Source: Capsulimonadaceae bacterium
Lineage (GTDB): Bacteria > Armatimonadota > Armatimonadia > Armatimonadales > Capsulimonadaceae
Direction: 5' to 3'
Length of the DNA: 64,000 nucleotides
Assembly (NCBI GenBank): GCA_965215505.1
Contig: OZ244065.1
Span: 4,032,001 to 4,096,000 of the forward strand
Shown here: positions 47,481-57,819 of the stretch, one piece after another
How the letters are laid out: each line of letters opens with the position of its first letter
How positions within the stretch are numbered: the first letter of the stretch is position 1
Notes under the pieces: model-generated
What the model was told of the DNA's origin: nothing
Databases searched by the model: none
Seen by the model: the letters and a program-made list of their open reading frames with translations, nothing else
Program-made: the position numbers and the translations under genes

Positions 47481-48922
47481 CGGAGGGAAGGCTCCGGCAC
47501 CGGCGGCCGGTCCGTCGGCGATGCCGAGACGGGCGGATGGGAGGGCGGGTCCGCGTGCCACTGTCGGCGCTTCTGGATGAATATCCGGTTGCCCAGCCCC
47601 AGCCCGACCCCGAGGCTGACGGCGAGATACCAGGCCATCATCCCGGTCGCGCCGAATGGCCTCCCGAGGAGTAGGCTGCCGAGCGCAGTCAGGCCGCCGA
47701 CCGTCAGTGACAGAGGCAGGAACGGCTCCTGCTTGTGTGCCCGCAGGTAGATGGATTCGGCCCCGACGATGTGGGCGCAGACGACCGCCCCCATCAGCAG
47801 CCCCAGCGGAGCGGGGTCGAGCAGGCGAACGCTCAGCCGGTGCGCGAACGGCTGGCCGTGGAGGACAACGGTGAGCAGCCAGAACCCGCACTCCCCGACG
47901 ACCAGGGCCAGCGTGGAGCGCCACAGGGCCGGGAAGAACATGCGGTCCATTTGTGCCCAATCGCGGCGGGCGACGAGGCTGCCGAAGGGGGCCGCTTTGG
48001 TCGAGACCCAGGCCAGCGAGATGGCGGCGATCGCGGACGTGATGCTCAGGCTCAGTCCCATCTTCCCCGCCCAGACCGGCCCCTGGAATATGAACAGGAG
48101 CGGGACGAACGTCTGCGTGATGAAATACCCGGAAAGCCAGGAGACGGCGATCTTCCACTGGAACGGCCAGATCTCGTGCCGCCAGTCCACCTGGATGTCC
48201 GGCCTCGCCGCCCGGAGCAGGTCGCCCAGGAACACGCGCTGCCGGACCAGGAGCCACCCGATCACCCAGGTCGAGCTGGCGATGCCGCCGATGGAGGCGG
48301 CATACAGCCCCCAGTGCAGCAGCAGCATCGTCCAGAACAGCAGGCTGCTCAGGACGGCCCCGACGAACTGCGCCTTGACGACCTCCGCCACCAGCCCGCA
48401 GCCTTCCAGGATGGACCAGAGCGGCGTGAACATCAGGCCCATCGCAAGGCCCGCCGACAGGAACAGCCACGGCCCCTCCCAGGCGATGGGCGGCACGCCG
48501 GGCGGGAGGCGGTGGAAGGTGCGGAAGAAGACCACGCCCACGGGGTACACGACGGCCAGGACCAGTACCGCCATGATGCCGTACCACCGCAGGCCGCGCC
48601 GCAGCAGCGAGGCCAGCCGCGCCTTGGCGACCGGGTCCCCCTCCAGCGTCCGCCGCGATGTCCACTCCAGCCCGGCCCGCTCGTGGGAGGCGAACTGCAT
48701 CAGGACCAGCCCAATGCCCAGCTCGAAGAAGATCTGGAGGCCCATGATGCTGCCGAACGCGGCGTAGTACCCCTGCTCGTACTTGTTCAGGGACCGCACC
48801 AGCAGGGCCAGCGTGACGATGCCCCCCAGGGCACCCCAGCCGCGCGAAAGTATCGCGAAGCCGACCGCACGGTCAACGCCGGCCAGGCGGCCCAGCTTTC
48901 CGATGATGCCCGGTGTTCTCAT
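47477..48922 (-). CDS. wzx: Wzx-type flippase
   Basis: About 12 TMs, EQGYY..F.S, FELG, QWKIAVSW, RAHKQEP; position in the locus. Confidence 0.75.
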   Translation of the reverse strand: MRTPGIIGKLGRLAGVDRAVGFAILSRGWGALGGIVTLALLVRSLNKYEQGYYAAFGSIMGLQIFFELGIGLVLMQFASHERAGLEWTSRRTLEGDPVAKARLASLLRRGLRWYGIMAVLVLAVVYPVGVVFFRTFHRLPPGVPPIAWEGPWLFLSAGLAMGLMFTPLWSILEGCGLVAEVVKAQFVGAVLSSLLFWTMLLLHWGLYAASIGGIASSTWVIGWLLVRQRVFLGDLLRAARPDIQVDWRHEIWPFQWKIAVSWLSGYFITQTFVPLLFIFQGPVWAGKMGLSLSITSAIAAISLAWVSTKAAPFGSLVARRDWAQMDRMFFPALWRSTLALVVGECGFWLLTVVLHGQPFAHRLSVRLLDPAPLGLLMGAVVCAHIVGAESIYLRAHKQEPFLPLSLTVGGLTALGSLLLGRPFGATGMMAWYLAVSLGVGLGLGNRIFIQKRRQWHADPPSHPPVSASPTDRPPVPEPSLR

Positions 48923-48935
48923 AAAGGTCTGATGC

Positions 48936-49991
48936 TCATGGAGGCCCGAAGCTCAGGACGGTGCGGCGGAAGCCGTCCTCGACCGTCGTCCCCGGCTCCC
49001 AACCCAAGGCGCGAACCTTGCCGATCTCGGGGCAGCCGCGCGTGATCTTGCTCTGTAGATAACCGTCGGTCGGGACCGGCTGCCGGACGACACGCAGGTT
49101 CTTCTCGGGGAACAAGGCGACCAGGCGGTGGGCGAGGTCTAAGATGCTGACCTCCGCCTTGTCATTGCCGACGTTATAGGCCTGCCCGCTCTCGCCCATC
49201 AGCAGCACGGTGAAGAAGCCCGCAGTGGCGTCCGCGAGGTAGCAGAAGGCCCGCGTCGCGCGCCCGTCGCTCTTCATCACGATGTCCCGGCCCGCGACGA
49301 TGTCGGCGACGAAATCGGCGAAGACGCGCCCGTCCGTCAGCGACATGCCCGGTCCATAGGTGTGGAACGGCCGGGCGACATTTGCGGGGACGCCGTATTG
49401 GGCGTGCCAGGCGACGCACATGGTTTCGCCCATCCGCTTGCTCTCGGCATAGCAGGAGCGCACCTCCGTCGGGTCCACGGAGGCGTAATCCGTCTCGCGC
49501 GTCGGCACCTGGGCGTCGGTGATCTGGCCGTAGACCTCGCCGCTGCTGAAAAACAGGAAGCCCGAGACGCCCGACGCGCGGGCCAGCTCCAGCAGGTGGT
49601 GCGTGCCGAAGACGTTGGCGGACAGCGTCCCCACGGGATCGGACTTGTAATACTTCGGGCTGGCCTGGGAGGCGGCGTGGATGATGTAATCCACGCGCCC
49701 GCCGATGTCGAGCGGCTGGGACACGTCCCCGACGACCAACCGCAGATCTGAACGGCCCTCGTAGGCGGCGAACCGCTCCCGCGCCCGGCCCTCGTGGCGC
49801 ACCAAGCCCAAAACACGCGTATTCTGTCCGGGCCGCCGCTCATTGAGGAAAAGTAAGGTTTCGACGATGTAGGCGGGCAGGAAGCCCGATGCGCCCGTGA
49901 CCAGGACGGTCTTCCCCGCCAGGTCATCCCAGGGCAGCGGCGCGGACGTGATCGCTTCCAGGTCTTCGGTGACGATTGGGTGGCGCATCAT
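48936..49991 (-). CDS. NAD-dependent epimerase/dehydratase (UDP-glucuronate decarboxylase-like; possible YerF-type reductase)
   Basis: TGASGFL, HAASQASP, SSGEVYG, RSCYAESKR, HTYGPG, RAFCY. Confidence 0.8.
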   Translation of the reverse strand: MMRHPIVTEDLEAITSAPLPWDDLAGKTVLVTGASGFLPAYIVETLLFLNERRPGQNTRVLGLVRHEGRARERFAAYEGRSDLRLVVGDVSQPLDIGGRVDYIIHAASQASPKYYKSDPVGTLSANVFGTHHLLELARASGVSGFLFFSSGEVYGQITDAQVPTRETDYASVDPTEVRSCYAESKRMGETMCVAWHAQYGVPANVARPFHTYGPGMSLTDGRVFADFVADIVAGRDIVMKSDGRATRAFCYLADATAGFFTVLLMGESGQAYNVGNDKAEVSILDLAHRLVALFPEKNLRVVRQPVPTDGYLQSKITRGCPEIGKVRALGWEPGTTVEDGFRRTVLSFGPP

Positions 49992-51076
49992 CGCGCCCGG
50001 CCCATGTCACTCTTGCCTATGTGCAAAAGCCAGTCGGCAAGCAGGGGCCGGGCCTGGGAGTCAAACGACAGCTTGGTCTTCTCCATCCGCCCCGCCCCGC
50101 GCGTCAGGATGCAGCCGAGGGTGTCGCCGGTGTTCTTCTTGTCCAGCCGCATGGCCGCCAGAATCCGCTCCGGGTCCGCCCCCGTCAGGACATCCTGGTA
50201 CGGCGCGTAGTAGGGCACCAGCCATTCCTGGAGGTCGTGAAAGTAGTCCTCGGACACCCAGCCGAGCTTAACGGAGAAGAAGGTCGCCGTCAGGACGCCC
50301 AGTGTCACCGAGATGCCGTGCGGGATGCCGTAGTCGGTCGCCGACTCGTAGGCGTGGCCGAAGGTGTGTCCGTAGTTCAGCAGGTTGCGGACGCCTTTAT
50401 CGAACTCGTCTTCCTCGATGAACTTCTGCTTGATCGCAAGAGAGTCCCAGACGATCTCGCGCAGCGACTCGGGGCGGGCCTCCCCACCGGTTAGCTTGGG
50501 ACGCAGGCGAGTGACCGCCTCCTCGCCCGCGATCAGGTGCAGCTTGATCGCCTCGCCCAGCCCGCTCCGGATCTCGTCATAAGGCAGTGAGCCTAACACG
50601 TCGAAGGCCAGCAGGACCTGATGCGGCGGGTAGAAGGTGCCGAGCTGGTTCTTGTAATGCCCGACATTGATGGAGCTTTTGCTGCCGATGCAGCTATCGC
50701 ACTGGGCGAGCAGGGTGGTGGGAACCAGGCTCCAGCGGACGCCCCGGAAGAGGGTGGAGGCGATGAAGCAGCTCAAGTCCTGCATGACGCCGCCGCCGAC
50801 GACCAGCAGCAGGCAGTCCCGCCGGAAGCCCGCGCCCAGCAGCCACTCGATGTGCGGGGCCAGGGCATCCAGGCTCTTCGCGCCCTCGGTCGCCTCGATC
50901 AGCCGGACGTTCTCGGGCGGCAGGGTGTCCGCAAAGGCTTCCGGGTACAGCCTGTGGACTTGGGCGTCCACGAGGGCGAAGGTGCGCCGCCCCTGGGCGG
51001 CGGCCTGGATGGCTTCGCGCAGTCCCGGCGCTTCGGTGACATCGTAAGGGTGGGATTTGCTCTGGATCTGCATCAT
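49988..51076 (-). CDS. 3-dehydroquinate-synthase-like sugar-phosphate cyclase
   Basis: GGGVMQD, PTTLLAQCDSCIGSK, KNQLGTFYPP, SGLGEAIK, LNYGHTFGHA, HG, DKK. Confidence 0.85.
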   Translation of the reverse strand: MMQIQSKSHPYDVTEAPGLREAIQAAAQGRRTFALVDAQVHRLYPEAFADTLPPENVRLIEATEGAKSLDALAPHIEWLLGAGFRRDCLLLVVGGGVMQDLSCFIASTLFRGVRWSLVPTTLLAQCDSCIGSKSSINVGHYKNQLGTFYPPHQVLLAFDVLGSLPYDEIRSGLGEAIKLHLIAGEEAVTRLRPKLTGGEARPESLREIVWDSLAIKQKFIEEDEFDKGVRNLLNYGHTFGHAYESATDYGIPHGISVTLGVLTATFFSVKLGWVSEDYFHDLQEWLVPYYAPYQDVLTGADPERILAAMRLDKKNTGDTLGCILTRGAGRMEKTKLSFDSQARPLLADWLLHIGKSDMGRAR

Positions 51077-51085
51077 AGGGTGGGG

Positions 51086-51754
51086 TCAGCGGCAGGTGAA
51101 GCCGCCGTCTACTAAAATCGTCTGCCCCGTCAGGTAGGTGTTCGAGTCGCCGCACAGCCAGGCCACGAAGCGGGCAATCTCGGCCGGCTCGGCCAGCCGC
51201 CCGGCGGGGATCGTCGCCTCGATCTTCTCCAGGTCGGCGGGCGAGTTGTTCTGCCGCGTCAGGTCCGTCGCCACATAGCCGGGGCAGACCGAGTTGACCA
51301 GGACGCCGAAGGGGGCGAGTTCCACGGCCGCCGTCCGGGTCAGCCCGTTCAGGCCCGCCTTGACCATGCTGTAAGCCCCGCGCCGCTCCTTCGTCACGAC
51401 TCCGAAAATGGAGCTGATGTTGACGACGCGGCCCCAGCCCCGCGCCTTCATGCCGGGCGCAACGCCTTGAAGAAGCTGGAGTGGGGCGGTTAGGTCCACC
51501 TGCACCATCTCCGACCAGCCCTCGGGCGTAATGGCTTCTAGGTCGTTCAGGACGTTGATGCCGGCATTGTTGACTAAGATATCCACCGCCTCGCCGTGTT
51601 CGCCAAGCCAGGCGGCGATGGAGGCCGGGTCGGACAGGTCCAGCCTCGCCCGGCCCGCATCCAGGACGGACACGTCCTGCGCGCGCAGGGCATCGGCGAT
51701 GGCCGCGCCGATGCCTCGGGCCGCGCCGGTCACCAGGGCGATGCGCTGGGGCAT
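51086..51754 (-). CDS. Short-chain dehydrogenase/reductase
   Basis: TGAARGIG, NNAG, YSMVK, NSVCPG, VDGG. Confidence 0.88.
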   Translation of the reverse strand: MPQRIALVTGAARGIGAAIADALRAQDVSVLDAGRARLDLSDPASIAAWLGEHGEAVDILVNNAGINVLNDLEAITPEGWSEMVQVDLTAPLQLLQGVAPGMKARGWGRVVNISSIFGVVTKERRGAYSMVKAGLNGLTRTAAVELAPFGVLVNSVCPGYVATDLTRQNNSPADLEKIEATIPAGRLAEPAEIARFVAWLCGDSNTYLTGQTILVDGGFTCR

Positions 51755-51758
51755 GGTT

Positions 51759-52568
51759 CTAGCCCTGCCCGTGGACGGCGGCGATGGACTTGGAGTAGCG
51801 CTCCTGCATCATCGCCAGGCGCGTGTCGTCCTCGCGGTGGATCGAGCCGTAGTAGTCCTTCTTGTTCTGGAGCCACATGATCTCGAACTCGACCGCCTTC
51901 AGGAACGCCTCCTGCCGGTTCTCCAGCGCGGCGGGGCAGCCGAAGACGACCTTGCGCGTCTCGTAGCGGTCGATGTGGCCGGGCGGGAAGGCCTGGAAGA
52001 AGGGCAGGGACAGGACGGACACGCCGCCGCCGACCACGACGTGCAGGCCCTTGGCCTTGGCCTTGGCGGCGACGTCTATACAGATCTTGAGGATACCGTC
52101 GTTGTTGACCGAGGTGCGGTCCAGCCCCATCGAGCCGGTCAGGTCCACGCGGCCCAGGACGATCCCGCTGAGGCTGCCGATCTCGGGGATTTCCAGCATC
52201 TTGTCGAAGTTCTCGATGGCTGTGATCGTTTCGAGGTTAATCAAATAGTCCATGTCCTCACGCTGGTCGTCGGGGAAGACCAGCTTGACGGCCTGCAAGT
52301 ACTTCTTGAGGGCGTAGGGCGTCTCCACCATCGGCGCGACCAGATGCTCGGTGCCAAGGCTTGCCGCCTCGATCATGTCCTTGATGGCCTCGCAGCCGCC
52401 GATCTTCAGGCTCAGGCCCAGGCCCGCCTTCAGGCTGACCTCTTTGAGACGCATCGCTTCTTCCAGGCGTGTCCCTTCGGCCTCGAACTCGGCCTTGACA
52501 CCCACCACGTTGTGGCTCTCGCGCATCTCGGTGAGGAGCGCGACCATTTTCTTTTCCAGGGCGTTCAC
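51759..52568 (-). CDS. HpcH/HpaI aldolase / citrate-lyase-family protein
   Basis: KAEFEAEG, KIGGCEA, APMVET, NLET, GRVDL. Confidence 0.75.
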   Translation of the reverse strand: MNALEKKMVALLTEMRESHNVVGVKAEFEAEGTRLEEAMRLKEVSLKAGLGLSLKIGGCEAIKDMIEAASLGTEHLVAPMVETPYALKKYLQAVKLVFPDDQREDMDYLINLETITAIENFDKMLEIPEIGSLSGIVLGRVDLTGSMGLDRTSVNNDGILKICIDVAAKAKAKGLHVVVGGGVSVLSLPFFQAFPPGHIDRYETRKVVFGCPAALENRQEAFLKAVEFEIMWLQNKKDYYGSIHREDDTRLAMMQERYSKSIAAVHGQG

Positions 52569-52590
52569 GATTATTCTCCTTTGCTCATCC

Positions 52591-54390
52591 CTATTCGGTA
52601 ATGAGGTTGCTTGCTAACTCTTCGCGGCTCAGGAAAGGCGCCATGTCTTCCAGGGGAGCCGACACCATCCGCCCATCATCCAGCTTCCGCGACGAGACTT
52701 TGGGCGCGAACTGCTGGCCCAGGTCCAGGAAGACCTCGCACATCTGCGGCCCGTCACCCGCCAGCGTTTCGCGCAGGGCGTCTTCCAGGTCAGCCGCCGT
52801 CCGGGCGGCGTGGTAGCCGAATCCACAGGCGTCGGCCAGTTTGTCGAAGGGGGCGAAAAACAGCCCGCTGTCGGGGCCGCAGCCGATCAGGTTGTCGGGG
52901 AAGTAGTTCTGCTGGGTCTGACGGATGGAATGATACCCCTGGTTGTTCAGGACGAAAAGCTTGATCGGCAGCCTGTGCAGGGCAATCGTCTGGAGTTCCG
53001 CCAGGTTCATCTGGATGGAGCCGTCGCCGGCCAGGCAGACGATCCGCTTGCCGCCGCTCCCGAAGGCCGCGCCGACGGCGGCGGGCAGGTCGTAGCCCAT
53101 CGAGGCGCAGCCGGAGTTCGTGTAGAGCCGCTGGCCGGGCTTGATGTTCGCGGCCTGGAAGGAGGTGACGCAGGCCGTCCCGTCCCCGGTCACGACAATC
53201 TGGTCCTCGGGCAACTGGCTGAACAGGGCGTCCATGAAGCAGTACGGGTTGATGCCGTTCTTGCTTTCCCAATACTCCGGCAGCGTAACCGGGTATTTGT
53301 GTACGCGCTCCCGGCACCAGGCCAGCCACTCGGAGTGCATCGCGGGGACGGGCCGGACGGGCTGACCGAGGAGCGTGTGCAAAACGTCGGCGACGTTCGC
53401 CTGGATCGGCAGGTCCGGGGACAGCGTCGGCTTTCGGAGTTCGGCGGCGTCAATGTCCACGACCACTTTATAGGCGCGGTGGGCGAAGTTCTCCCAGTTG
53501 TAGCTGATCTGCCGGACGTTCAGCCGGCTGCCCAGCACGAGCAGGAAGTCGGCGTTCTGGACGGCGAAATTGCCCGCCCGGTCCCCGATGGAGCCGGGCC
53601 GCCCGCTGTAGCCGGGGTGGGAGTTCGGAACCAGATCGTGGGCGTTCCAGGCGGTGACGATGGGAACGCCCCAGCGGTCGGCCAATGCCAGCAGTTCGGC
53701 CTGCGCGCCCGCCAGGCGGACGCCGGACCCGGCCATGATGACGGGCCGCTTGGCCTCGCCGCACATGCGCGCGATCTGCTCGCAGATCTGGGGCAGCCGG
53801 GCCGTGTCGTCCGATACGGGGCCTAGCTCGGCGGGGTCGAAGCCGGGCAGAGTGTCGGGGTCAACACTCGCGCCCTGGACGTTCATTGGGATGTCCAGCC
53901 AGACCGGGCCGGGCCGCCCCGCTTTCGCGAGGTACAATGCTTTTTCCAGATGGTAGCGGATGCTCTGCGGGTCGGTCACCATCTCGGCGTACTTGGTCAT
54001 CGGCGCGACGACTCGGACGATGTCAAGCTCCTGGTCGCCCAATTGCCGCAGGGGCAGGTCGGTGCTCCGGACGACCGTCTCCCACTTGACCTGGCCGGAG
54101 ATGACGATCATGCCGATGGAGTCGGTCCAGGCCCCCCAGACGCCCGTGATGGCGTTCGTCCCGCCCGGCCCGGTCGTGACATTGACGGCGGCCAGCCGGT
54201 TCGTCAGCCGGTAGTAGCTCTCGGCGGCCATAGCGCAGGCCTGCTCGTGATGGCAGCAGACGTACTTCAAGCCCTCGCATCGCCCGACGGCGTCATTGAG
54301 GTGCATGGCGCCGCCGCCGGTCACGAGGAAGATGTGTTCAATGCCGTGCCGCACCAGGGTCTGCGCGATGTAATCTGAGACTTTAATCAT
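52591..54390 (-). CDS. ThDP-dependent acetolactate-synthase-like enzyme (YerE-like carboligase)
   Basis: HHEQA, TTGPGGTN, ISGQVK, GRPGPVWLDIP, GDGS..N ThDP motif. Confidence 0.85.
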   Translation of the reverse strand: MIKVSDYIAQTLVRHGIEHIFLVTGGGAMHLNDAVGRCEGLKYVCCHHEQACAMAAESYYRLTNRLAAVNVTTGPGGTNAITGVWGAWTDSIGMIVISGQVKWETVVRSTDLPLRQLGDQELDIVRVVAPMTKYAEMVTDPQSIRYHLEKALYLAKAGRPGPVWLDIPMNVQGASVDPDTLPGFDPAELGPVSDDTARLPQICEQIARMCGEAKRPVIMAGSGVRLAGAQAELLALADRWGVPIVTAWNAHDLVPNSHPGYSGRPGSIGDRAGNFAVQNADFLLVLGSRLNVRQISYNWENFAHRAYKVVVDIDAAELRKPTLSPDLPIQANVADVLHTLLGQPVRPVPAMHSEWLAWCRERVHKYPVTLPEYWESKNGINPYCFMDALFSQLPEDQIVVTGDGTACVTSFQAANIKPGQRLYTNSGCASMGYDLPAAVGAAFGSGGKRIVCLAGDGSIQMNLAELQTIALHRLPIKLFVLNNQGYHSIRQTQQNYFPDNLIGCGPDSGLFFAPFDKLADACGFGYHAARTAADLEDALRETLAGDGPQMCEVFLDLGQQFAPKVSSRKLDDGRMVSAPLEDMAPFLSREELASNLITE

Positions 54391-54414
54391 AAACCGTTCT
54401 ATCCCGATGCTAGT

Positions 54415-55461
54415 CTATCCCGAAACTACTCTGTTCCACTCGATGGTGCGCCGCAGCGCCTCGTCCAGCCCCACACGCACCTCAAGCCCTAGCTCGGTCC
54501 GGGCGCGCTCCGTCGAGGGCACATAGCGCGAGGCGGGCGTCCCGGCGACCGCCTCCTTGCCGATCAGCACCGGCGGGGCGGGCGTGAACCGCGAAGCGAC
54601 TGCCGAGGCCGTTTCCCCGATCGTCATCGCCTCCTCGGAGCCGACGTTGTAGGCACGGCCAGGCAGGCCGCGCAGCAGGATCGTCCACAGCCAGACGGCA
54701 AGGTCTGCGGCATAAAGGTAAGACCGGAACGGCGTCCCGTCCCCGCCGACCCGGACCGGGCCGCCCGCAAGCCCGTCGCGGATGAAGTTGCCGACCGCGA
54801 AGTGCGAGTCCAGCGGCAGGAACGGGCCGACGAAGGCGAAGCCGCGGGCGATGCCGACGTCCAGCCCGTGCTTCTCGGCGTAAACGGCGCAGAAGAGTTC
54901 CGCCAGCCGCTTACCTTCCCCGTAGGCCGCGCTTGCCTGCGCGCAGTCCGGCGCCCCGACATATTCCTCGGGGACGTGGCTGATGTCCGGCGGCTGCGCC
55001 CCATAGACCGCGCCCGACGAGGTCAGCAGGAACCGGCCCGCACCGCACTGCCGCGCGAATTCCAGGGTGCGCCGCGTCCCCTCGGTGATCGTCTCGATCA
55101 TGCCCAGCGGGTCATCGCGGTTCAAGGAGGCTTTCGCCTCGGTCGCGCCATGGACGACATGGGAAAACTCCCCCGGCGGAAACGGGAAGGAGCGGATATC
55201 ACCCTGATGGAACCCGATGGCCGGGTGCGCGGCCAGGCGTGGGTGCTTGGCCGCGAAGGCGGACGGGTTGCGCGTCAGTATCAGCGCTTCGGCCCCCAAA
55301 CCGAGCGCATCATTGGCCCAGGCGAAGCTTTCCAGAAGCCAGCAGCCGAAGAACCCCGTCCCGCCGGTGATGAACAGCCGCCGACCGCGCAGCCCCTCCC
55401 AGAGTTTCGCGGTGTGGGTCAGGACGTGGTCCAGGTCTGCGGCCAGCGGGTTGACGTTCAC
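54415..55461 (-). CDS. NAD-dependent epimerase/dehydratase
   Basis: [37 protein letters not shown]. Confidence 0.82.
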   Translation of the reverse strand: MNVNPLAADLDHVLTHTAKLWEGLRGRRLFITGGTGFFGCWLLESFAWANDALGLGAEALILTRNPSAFAAKHPRLAAHPAIGFHQGDIRSFPFPPGEFSHVVHGATEAKASLNRDDPLGMIETITEGTRRTLEFARQCGAGRFLLTSSGAVYGAQPPDISHVPEEYVGAPDCAQASAAYGEGKRLAELFCAVYAEKHGLDVGIARGFAFVGPFLPLDSHFAVGNFIRDGLAGGPVRVGGDGTPFRSYLYAADLAVWLWTILLRGLPGRAYNVGSEEAMTIGETASAVASRFTPAPPVLIGKEAVAGTPASRYVPSTERARTELGLEVRVGLDEALRRTIEWNRVVSG

Positions 55462-56780
55462 TCGTGCGACGCGCGCACGAAGTCGTGCAGGACCGAGAGC
55501 ATGTAGTCTTTGTGCGCGTCGCTCAGGCCCGGATAGACGCCCACCCAAAACACGTTGTTCATCACGAAGTCCGTGTTGTGGAGGTCGCCGATCTTGCGGT
55601 GGGCGATGCCGGCATAAGCGGGCTGTTTGAGCAGGTTGCCCGCGAACAGCAGCCGCGTCCCGATCTTCTTGGTGTCCAGGTGCCGCACTAGCTGGTCGCG
55701 CGTGAACGGCGCATCCTCGCGGACGGCGATGGGGAACCCAAACCAGGACGGGTCGGAGTTCGGCGTCGCCTGCGGCAGGATCAGATGCTCCTGCAAGTCC
55801 TGCAAGCCTTCATGCAGGTAGGTAAAATTGCGCCGCCGGGCCGCGATGAACTCGGGTAGCTTCTTGAGCTGCGAGACGCCCACGGCCGCCTGCATGTCCG
55901 TCACCTTCAGGTTGTAGCCGATGTGCGAATAGGTGTACTTGTGGTCATACCCGCAGGGCAGGTCGCCCAGTTGCCACTCGTACCGCTTGCCGCAAGTGTT
56001 GTCCTTGCCCGGCTCGCACCAGCATGCCCGCCCCCAGTCGCGGTATGACTCGGCGATGACTTTGAGCTTGACGTTGTTCATGAAGACGGCCCCGCCCTCG
56101 CCCATCGTGATGTGGTGGGCGGGGTAGAAGGAGGCCGTGGCGATGTCGCCGAACGTCCCGACCTTCTGGCCGTTGTAGCTCCCTCCGATGGCGTCGCAGC
56201 AGTCTTCGACGAGGTACAGGTCGTGCTTCTTGACGAACTCGGAGATGGCCGTCATGTTGCCGGGGTTGCCCAGGGTGTGCGCGAACATCAGGGCGCGCGT
56301 CTTGGGAGACAATGCCTCTTCGAGCTGCCGGATGTCCAGGTTATAGTCGGGGATAGTCACGTCAAGGAAGACCGGGACCAGGCCGTTCTGGATGATCGGG
56401 TTGACCGTCGTGGGGAAGCCCGCCGCGACCGTGATGACCTCATCGCCGGGTTTCAGCCGCCGGTCGCCCAAGGTAGGTGAAGTGAGCGTGGTCAGGGCAA
56501 CCAGATCGGCGGAGGAGCCGGAGTTGACCAGCAGGGCCTTGCGGACGCCGCAGAAGCGGGCGAACTCGCGCTCGAATTGGGTGGCGAAGCGGCCCGTGGT
56601 CAGCCAGAAGTCCAGGGTTGAGTCCATCAGGCTCTGCATGTCTGCGGCGTCGAAAACGCGGCCCGAGACGGGCACTGCGCTGACGCCCGGCACGAACTCG
56701 CGGGCGGCAAATGCCTCGTCGTGGTACTGGACCACCAGGTCTGCGATCTGCGCCCGGAGCGCGTCGGCTTTGTCCGTCAT
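55458..56780 (-). CDS. rfbH: CDP-4-keto-6-deoxy-D-glucose 3-dehydrase (E1)
   Basis: [25 protein letters not shown] (His in place of the PLP Lys), CWC..TC Fe-S motif, YDHKY. Confidence 0.92.
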   Translation of the reverse strand: MTDKADALRAQIADLVVQYHDEAFAAREFVPGVSAVPVSGRVFDAADMQSLMDSTLDFWLTTGRFATQFEREFARFCGVRKALLVNSGSSADLVALTTLTSPTLGDRRLKPGDEVITVAAGFPTTVNPIIQNGLVPVFLDVTIPDYNLDIRQLEEALSPKTRALMFAHTLGNPGNMTAISEFVKKHDLYLVEDCCDAIGGSYNGQKVGTFGDIATASFYPAHHITMGEGGAVFMNNVKLKVIAESYRDWGRACWCEPGKDNTCGKRYEWQLGDLPCGYDHKYTYSHIGYNLKVTDMQAAVGVSQLKKLPEFIAARRRNFTYLHEGLQDLQEHLILPQATPNSDPSWFGFPIAVREDAPFTRDQLVRHLDTKKIGTRLLFAGNLLKQPAYAGIAHRKIGDLHNTDFVMNNVFWVGVYPGLSDAHKDYMLSVLHDFVRASHE

Positions 56781-56817
56781 TGGGAATCCTTCTAAGGTCC
56801 GCCCCCGGCGGTGGGGG

Positions 56818-57819
56818 TCAGGGCGTCAAAAACTCAGTATACCACCGGATCGTCTTTTCCAAGCCCCCGTTGAGTGTAAAAAGCGGCTCCCAGTCCAGCA
56901 TCCGGCGGGCCTTGGCGGCGCTCAGGTACTGGTGCTTGATCTCGTTGGAGGCCTCGTTGCGGACTTCCGGCGTCAGGTCCGACCCCATCAGCTCCAAGAT
57001 CTTGTGGGTCAGGTCCAGCACGGTCACCTGAAGCTCGTTGGAGAAGTTGAAGGCCTCGCCGCGCAGGCTCGGGTCCTTCGCCATGCTCTCGGCCAGCAGC
57101 ATGTAGGCCGCCGCACCGTCCTCGACGTAGAAGTAGTCGCGGATGAACGAGCCGTCGGAGCGGATGACCGGGGCCTGGCCGCGCAGGATGGAGCGGACGG
57201 TGCCGGGCACGATCCGGTTCCAGTTGAGGTCCCCCCCGCCGTAGAAGTTGCCGCAGCGGGTGATCGTCACCGGCAGGTCGTAAGACTTGGCGTAGGTGTA
57301 GGAGATCAGGTCGGCGCAGGACTTGGACACGTCGTAGGGGTGCTGGCCTTGCAGGGGCGTGGTTTCATCATACGGCAGGACCTCCTGGTCGCCGTAGGCC
57401 TTGTCCGAGGAGGCGATGACGATCTGCTTGACGCGCGGGGACCTCCGGCAGGCTTCCAGCAGCCGCCACGTCCCGGCGATGTTCGCCTCGAAGGTGGAAA
57501 CCGGGTTGCGGTTGGCGATGCCGACGATGGTCTGGGCGGCCAGGTGGATGACGGTGTCTATCTCGTGTTCGCCCAACGCGCGCTCCATCATCTCCTGGTC
57601 GGTGATGTCGCCCCGGACGATCTTCACCTTGTCCAGATGGCCCGACCGGACCAACTCGCAGTCGGGTATCCAGTCCCGGACGAGGCAGACGACGTCCGCG
57701 CCCGATGCCACCAGCGACTTCACCAGCCACCCGCCGACCAGCCCGGTCGCGCCGGTCACGAAGGTCGGGCGGTCCCGCCAAAAATCTTTATCTACTTTGT
57801 CTTTATCCGTTTGTATCAT
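56818..57819 (-). CDS. rfbG: CDP-glucose 4,6-dehydratase-like (RfbG/DdhB)
   Basis: FW....[39 protein letters not shown]; lies between rfbF and rfbH. Confidence 0.72.
   Translation of the reverse strand: MIQTDKDKVDKDFWRDRPTFVTGATGLVGGWLVKSLVASGADVVCLVRDWIPDCELVRSGHLDKVKIVRGDITDQEMMERALGEHEIDTVIHLAAQTIVGIANRNPVSTFEANIAGTWRLLEACRRSPRVKQIVIASSDKAYGDQEVLPYDETTPLQGQHPYDVSKSCADLISYTYAKSYDLPVTITRCGNFYGGGDLNWNRIVPGTVRSILRGQAPVIRSDGSFIRDYFYVEDGAAAYMLLAESMAKDPSLRGEAFNFSNELQVTVLDLTHKILELMGSDLTPEVRNEASNEIKHQYLSAAKARRMLDWEPLFTLNGGLEKTIRWYTEFLTP

Noticed and set aside
46446-48665. 739-aa, 619-aa (40836..42695) and 543-aa (27011..28642) ORF-track proteins as true N-terminal fusions
   Set aside because: The extensions overlap upstream genes in another frame. 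Coupled starts at 47480, 42185 and 27344 explain the real genes.
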